Below, piece after piece: positions 59,682 to 64,000 of a DNA stretch of 64,000 nt. The notes beneath the pieces were generated by a model. That model was not told where the DNA came from, made no database searches, and saw only the letters and a program-made list of their open reading frames with translations. A program made the translations under genes and the position numbers. The first letter of the stretch is position 1. Each line of letters opens with the position of its first letter. Source of the DNA: Verrucomicrobiota bacterium (GTDB taxonomy: Bacteria; Verrucomicrobiota; Verrucomicrobiia; Limisphaerales; Palsa-1400); contig JBEKYR010000022.1 of the NCBI GenBank assembly GCA_049510745.1, forward strand, positions 1 through 64,000, read 5' to 3'.

Positions 59682-61544
59682 TCACCGCCCCAGCCAGTGC
59701 GGCAGGAAGGTGGTGAGCCAGGGCAAGTAGGTGATAAGCAGCACGCCGACGAGCAGCACGCATTGCATGGGAATGACGGCCCGCGAAACTTGCAGGACCG
59801 GTTTGCCGAAACGGTAGGAAGAGAGAAAGATGTTCATCCCGACGGTCGGGGTGAGCAGGCCCAGTTCCATGTTGGCCAGGAAAATGATGCCCAGGTGAAC
59901 GGGATCGACGCCGTAAGGCATGGCGAGGGGCACGATCAGCGGCACGACCACGATGATGGCCGAATAAATGTCCATCACGCAGCCCATGGCCAGGAGGCAA
60001 AGGTTGAGGGCGAGGAGGAAGGCGTATTTAGACTTGACAACGGCCGTGACCCATTCCACGGCGCGGGCCGGGACCTGGGCGTCCACCAGGTAGTTGGTGA
60101 AGCCCAGTGCGACCCCCAGGATGAGCAGCACGCCGCCGACCAGCAGGCCGGCCTCCGCCATGACGCGCGGAATGTCGCCCGCCCGCTTGAAATCGCGATA
60201 GACAAACGTCTCCACCCCGAAGGCGTAAAGAGCCGTGACCGCCGCGGCCTCGACCGGCGTGGCCAATCCGCCGAACAACGCCGCCAGCGCCACGACCGGC
60301 AGCAGCAGCTCCCATTTTGCCGCCCAAATCGCGCGGCCCGCCTCCGCGCCGTCGAACTTCGCGGCCTCGGCCTGCTTTTTTGGGCCCAGCCAGATGCCCA
60401 TCAATGAGGCCATCGTCACCAGCAGCAATCCCGGCCCCAGCCCGCCCAGGAACATCCTTTGAATCGTCACCCCGCCCGCGCCGGCGTTGGCGTTGGCCAC
60501 GACCGCGTAAAGAATCAACGGGAGCGACGGCGGGAACAACAACCCCAGGCCGCCCGACCCCGTGACCAGCCCGAGGGCGGAGCGCTCCGTGTAACCCGCG
60601 CCCAGCAACACCGGCATGAGCAGCCCGCCCAAGGCGAGGATCGTCACGCCCGACGCTCCCGTGAACGAAGTGAAGAAGGCGCAGGCGATGACGGCGACAA
60701 TCGCCGGCCCGCCCCGGAGCTGGCCGAAAAGCGCGTGAAAGACCCGGATCAATCGTCTGGACGCTCCGCCTTCCGCCAGAAAATATCCGGCCAGGGTGAA
60801 GAGCGGCACCGTCGGCAGGGTCGGATTGGTGACCATCGAATAATGCGTCAGCGAAAGGGAGGCGATGGGCGTGCCGCCGCCCCAGAAGAGAATGAGCGCC
60901 GCCCCGCCCAGGAGCGCAAAGATCGGCGCCCCCAGGATGACCGCCGCCAGCAGCCCGATCAGGCCCGGCATGACCAGCCGTTCCGGGCCGACAAAGGGAT
61001 GAAGGCCGATCCCGGCAATGGCGGCTGTCAACAATAACGCGGCCAGCCGGCCGCCCCATTGGCCGGAGGCGTTCCAGAGCAACCGCAGCGCGATGACGGC
61101 GAAGCCGATGGGCATGATCAACTGCACCGTCCAGATCGGAATCTGATAAGCCATCAGGTTGCCGCCCTCCCTCTCCGAGGCCACCAGTTGGGAGGCGGCG
61201 ACGCAGAGGAAGACGCTGATGGCCGCGGCGACGGCGCTGCTGTAAACGCGCGCAAAAATCTGCCAGCGCCCCTTGAGAAACTGGGAGAGCGTCGAAAGCG
61301 AGAGGAGGCGGCGGTCGCGGGCGGCCAGCATGCCGCCCAGCAGGCTGATGACCAGGGTGAGATGTTGCTGGATGGCCGTGGCCCCGCTGATGCCGCTGTG
61401 GAACCATCGGCGCAGCACGATTTCCAGCAGCGGCAAGACCGCCAGCGCGGCCAGCGCGAGCGTGACGAGCGAGTCTTCGCCGACGCGCAGCCACCGGCGC
61501 CAGCCGAGCGGCGCCGGCGCAGGCGGATTGGGCGCGCCGCTCAT
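59682..61544 (-). CDS. TRAP transporter fused small+large permease (DctQ-M)
   Basis: PLFTLAGY, FTGASGVTILALGG, GLLFPPSLP, TPVEAA, LTPTVGMN. Confidence 0.92.
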   Translation of the reverse strand: MSGAPNPPAPAPLGWRRWLRVGEDSLVTLALAALAVLPLLEIVLRRWFHSGISGATAIQQHLTLVISLLGGMLAARDRRLLSLSTLSQFLKGRWQIFARVYSSAVAAAISVFLCVAASQLVASEREGGNLMAYQIPIWTVQLIMPIGFAVIALRLLWNASGQWGGRLAALLLTAAIAGIGLHPFVGPERLVMPGLIGLLAAVILGAPIFALLGGAALILFWGGGTPIASLSLTHYSMVTNPTLPTVPLFTLAGYFLAEGGASRRLIRVFHALFGQLRGGPAIVAVIACAFFTSFTGASGVTILALGGLLMPVLLGAGYTERSALGLVTGSGGLGLLFPPSLPLILYAVVANANAGAGGVTIQRMFLGGLGPGLLLVTMASLMGIWLGPKKQAEAAKFDGAEAGRAIWAAKWELLLPVVALAALFGGLATPVEAAAVTALYAFGVETFVYRDFKRAGDIPRVMAEAGLLVGGVLLILGVALGFTNYLVDAQVPARAVEWVTAVVKSKYAFLLALNLCLLAMGCVMDIYSAIIVVVPLIVPLAMPYGVDPVHLGIIFLANMELGLLTPTVGMNIFLSSYRFGKPVLQVSRAVIPMQCVLLVGVLLITYLPWLTTFLPHWLGR

Positions 61545-62662
61545 TTCTTGGCCTGTCCGGCGCGAAAGAGGGCCAACTGGTTCGTCACCTCGTCGAAAAT
61601 GTCCGCCGGCACAATGGGTCCGCGGATTTTGAGATAAACGGCCTCCATTTCGCGCCGCCATTGGGCCTCGGCCTGCGGTGTCAAGGGGTTGACGATCAAG
61701 CCGCGTTTGCGCATCGCATCGACCGACTCGACGCTCTCGCGGCGGCCCTCGGCCTTGATGTGGGCGCCGGCCTCGACGGCGGCCTGGCGCAAGGCATCGC
61801 GGGTTTCCGGGGCAATGGCATCCCAGGTTTTCTTGGTGATAACGAGCGCGCCGACCAGCGCCGTCCACGCCAGATCGAGCATGTTGGGCGCGGCCCGGTC
61901 CACCTGGCCGGCCAGGGCGTAGCTGGGCGGGAGGGGAACGGCGTTGATCAGGCCGGTCTGCAAATTGGGCAGAATGTCCACCGTTTCCAGCGGCACCGGG
62001 TTCAGACCCACCGAGCGGTAAAGGTCCACTTGGGCGGGGCTGCCGGCCCCCAGGAACAGCTTGGTCTTCCTCAAGTCGTCCGGCCCGATGACCGGGTCTT
62101 TGGAAAAGAACCGCACCCAGCCGGTGTCGCTCCAGAACAAGGCGACAAACCCCTTGGCCTCCAGGCGCTGTTCCAGCATGGGCTGGAGTTTCTGCACGAT
62201 GTAATCGACTTCCTCGAGGGTGCGGAAGGTCATCGGCATGAGTTGGAGGCCGCTCACGCCCGGCTCGATGTCCGCCAGTCCCGGGGCGGTGAGCAAGCCG
62301 GCCTGCAATTGGCCCAGCCTCATGCGTTGCACCATGTCCGACTCCCCGCCCATCGTCCCGTCCGGATAAATCGTCAGCAACACGCCGCCGTCGGAGGCCA
62401 AGCGCCACTTTTCACCCATGGCCGCCAGTTCCTTGTAGTAGGAAGAGCCTTTCGGGGCCAGCGTGCCCAGGCGCACTCTGATCGGCTTGGGCGCCGCCAA
62501 GGCCGCCTTGGCGCCGGCCAGCAATCCGAGTCCCACGGCCGCCGCCGCGGGAAGGAACCGGCGCCGCGACAATCGCCGTTGGCCGCCGCGAGATTGGGAC
62601 GAGCGTTGGCTGATGGGCGTCATTTGGTGAAATTGAGTATTGACTGGGTGAACATGACTCAT
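61541..62662 (-). CDS. dctP: TRAP substrate-binding protein DctP (TatP-type) with twin-arginine-like signal
   Basis: LSRRRFL; LGTLAPKGS, IYPDGTMGGESDMV, LQTGLI. Start uncertain. Confidence 0.88.
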   Translation of the reverse strand: MSHVHPVNTQFHQMTPISQRSSQSRGGQRRLSRRRFLPAAAAVGLGLLAGAKAALAAPKPIRVRLGTLAPKGSSYYKELAAMGEKWRLASDGGVLLTIYPDGTMGGESDMVQRMRLGQLQAGLLTAPGLADIEPGVSGLQLMPMTFRTLEEVDYIVQKLQPMLEQRLEAKGFVALFWSDTGWVRFFSKDPVIGPDDLRKTKLFLGAGSPAQVDLYRSVGLNPVPLETVDILPNLQTGLINAVPLPPSYALAGQVDRAAPNMLDLAWTALVGALVITKKTWDAIAPETRDALRQAAVEAGAHIKAEGRRESVESVDAMRKRGLIVNPLTPQAEAQWRREMEAVYLKIRGPIVPADIFDEVTNQLALFRAGQAKK

Positions 62663-63663
62663 GGCGCAATTAAAAAAAGATCCGATTTCCGGGACAAAAG
62701 CCAGCGCGCCCGGCGCTGCATGACCAGGTTGAGCAGCCGGGTTTCAGGATGGGCGTCCGGGTTGATCGCCAGCGCCTGCTGGAGCAGGGAATCGAATTCC
62801 TGGACATCCTGTTTTTGCACCGCCACCGATTCCGCCAGGGCCAGCAGCGGCGCGGCATCCGTGCCGCCCGACAGGGCCATCGCCCGCTCGAAGTGTGATC
62901 GCGCCCGCGCCGCGGGATCGCCCGCCGCCCCTTGGCGGCTCATTTCATAGGAGATCAAAAAGCCGTGGATGGCGCCGTGGTCGAAACTTTCGTCCAACTC
63001 CAGCGCCCGGTCAATCAGCGCCTCCATGGCGGGGACTTGGGCGACCAGGTGCGGATTGTCTTTGGAAAGTGAAATCGCCCCCGCCCACGCGCAGGCCGTC
63101 CAGTAGAGCAGCGGCACATCTTTTTTGGCGGCGCATTGCGCGGCGGCCCTGGGATGGGCCAGCAGCGCGTCCGAGAATCCCGGGTGGCCGACTTCCAGCC
63201 CGCGCAGGCCGTAACGTTGCGCCCGCAGGTAGAGCCGCCTGGCCCGCGTCCGCAGCGCCTCGGCCGCAGCCAGATCGCGCGCCTCCGTTTCGTCGGCCTC
63301 CTCCTGCACAAAGGCGAAGGCGTACTGGGTGAAGCCGCTGGCGGCGGCCAGGAGCAGCCCGCGATGCCGGGGATTGTCGTTGAGCAGACTCTCGATGAGC
63401 TTGAGACTGAAGGGCGACGCCGCGCACACCAGGTCCGGATCGTCGTCGCTGGCGAAGACAGCCCCGCTCTGGCTGACGGCGTCGGAAAACTGATTGACGG
63501 CGAAACGGTGAATGGAGCACCCGCTGCCTGCGATCCACGCCAGCACGCCCAGGCAGGGCAGCATCCACCCCGGCAACAACCGGCGCGCGCTGCATTGCTT
63601 CCGTCTGGCGCTCAAGCGGCGGCGCCAGCGCTCGGTTTTCGGTTCATCGGTCTCCGCGAACAT
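62659..63663 (-). CDS. TRAP transporter TatT component (TPAT system), probable lipoprotein
   Basis: IAGSGC lipobox-like; SDDDPDLV..A.PF.LK..ESLL, GFTQYAFAFV, RALELDE, ARSHFERA. Start uncertain. Confidence 0.82.
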   Translation of the reverse strand: MFAETDEPKTERWRRRLSARRKQCSARRLLPGWMLPCLGVLAWIAGSGCSIHRFAVNQFSDAVSQSGAVFASDDDPDLVCAASPFSLKLIESLLNDNPRHRGLLLAAASGFTQYAFAFVQEEADETEARDLAAAEALRTRARRLYLRAQRYGLRGLEVGHPGFSDALLAHPRAAAQCAAKKDVPLLYWTACAWAGAISLSKDNPHLVAQVPAMEALIDRALELDESFDHGAIHGFLISYEMSRQGAAGDPAARARSHFERAMALSGGTDAAPLLALAESVAVQKQDVQEFDSLLQQALAINPDAHPETRLLNLVMQRRARWLLSRKSDLFLIAP

Positions 63664-63841
63664 TGTCGAGAGGCTACCACGACATTGCGTTCGCCAAAAT
63701 GAAAAACGTTCCCGCCCGGAAAACGCGCGCACCTCAGTTTTTGGCAGGGATCGGACATGGTCGGAGGAGGTCCAAAAACCGAGACACGCGTCGGCCCGCC
63801 CGGATTCCATATTTTTCTCGACAGAAGGGAGATTTGAATTT

Positions 63842-63878
63842 AGACTCCCCGCATTCCAGCTTTCAATGCGGGGAGTCT
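63842..63878. repeat. Perfect 14-bp inverted repeat AGACTCCCCGCATT-N9-AATGCGGGGAGTCT
   Basis: Read directly; flanked by gaatt/aattc units. Confidence 0.85.
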
Positions 63879-64000
63879 CAATTCTGAATTCGCCTAAATT
63901 CATGGCGATGCCCTCACTCTGTTCACCCAATGGCGCCTGTCGCCGCGCCCTGATTTCCGCCGGTGAGATGCCGGCGGGCGGGACCGATCCCGCCTGCGCG

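Noticed and set aside
56184..63663. Tat translocase locus
   Set aside because: TatD and TatT names are unrelated to the TatABC translocase, which is not in the window.

Overview
GC-rich bacterial chromosome segment. Gene content suggests Verrucomicrobiota, probably a Pedosphaerales/Limisphaerales-like lineage (inference from the H-X9-DG prepilin, RRM protein, repeat-rich NarL-type kinase and recurrent C-terminal ...FFRL domain). About 55 CDS; no rRNA, tRNA, CRISPR array or integrase was recognised. Main blocks: YtrA/GntR-ABC-serine hydrolase operon; ArsR plus rhodanese and CoA-disulfide reductase (persulfide) locus; rsmI, RRM protein, FAD oxidase; an atypical EF-P paralog downstream of amrS-amrB; an acyl-CoA dehydrogenase/ETF-QO/ETF operon interrupted by a truncated ORF6N gene and a VapBC module; purF; a polysaccharide-utilisation-like locus (GH51-like enzyme, prepilin, large secreted protein, two-component system, GH3); a ~4 kb island with an orphan Mu-like terminase, a gp27/DUF3486-like gene, a low-GC membrane gene and a mosaic repeat array; two ABC systems (one GldAFG-like); DHH, tatD, sodA, an orphan nucleotidyltransferase, PfkB kinase and a TPAT-type TRAP transporter. 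Most notable: the terminase cassette without virion genes, which carries an in-frame copy of an intergenic palindromic element; a TA module bracketed by two diverged copies of the host gene's 3' end; a perfect palindrome at the ORF6N breakpoint; a shared putative C-terminal sorting domain on five unrelated secreted proteins; and an EF-P paralog lacking the loop Lys/Arg. All family calls come from motif recognition, not database searches.
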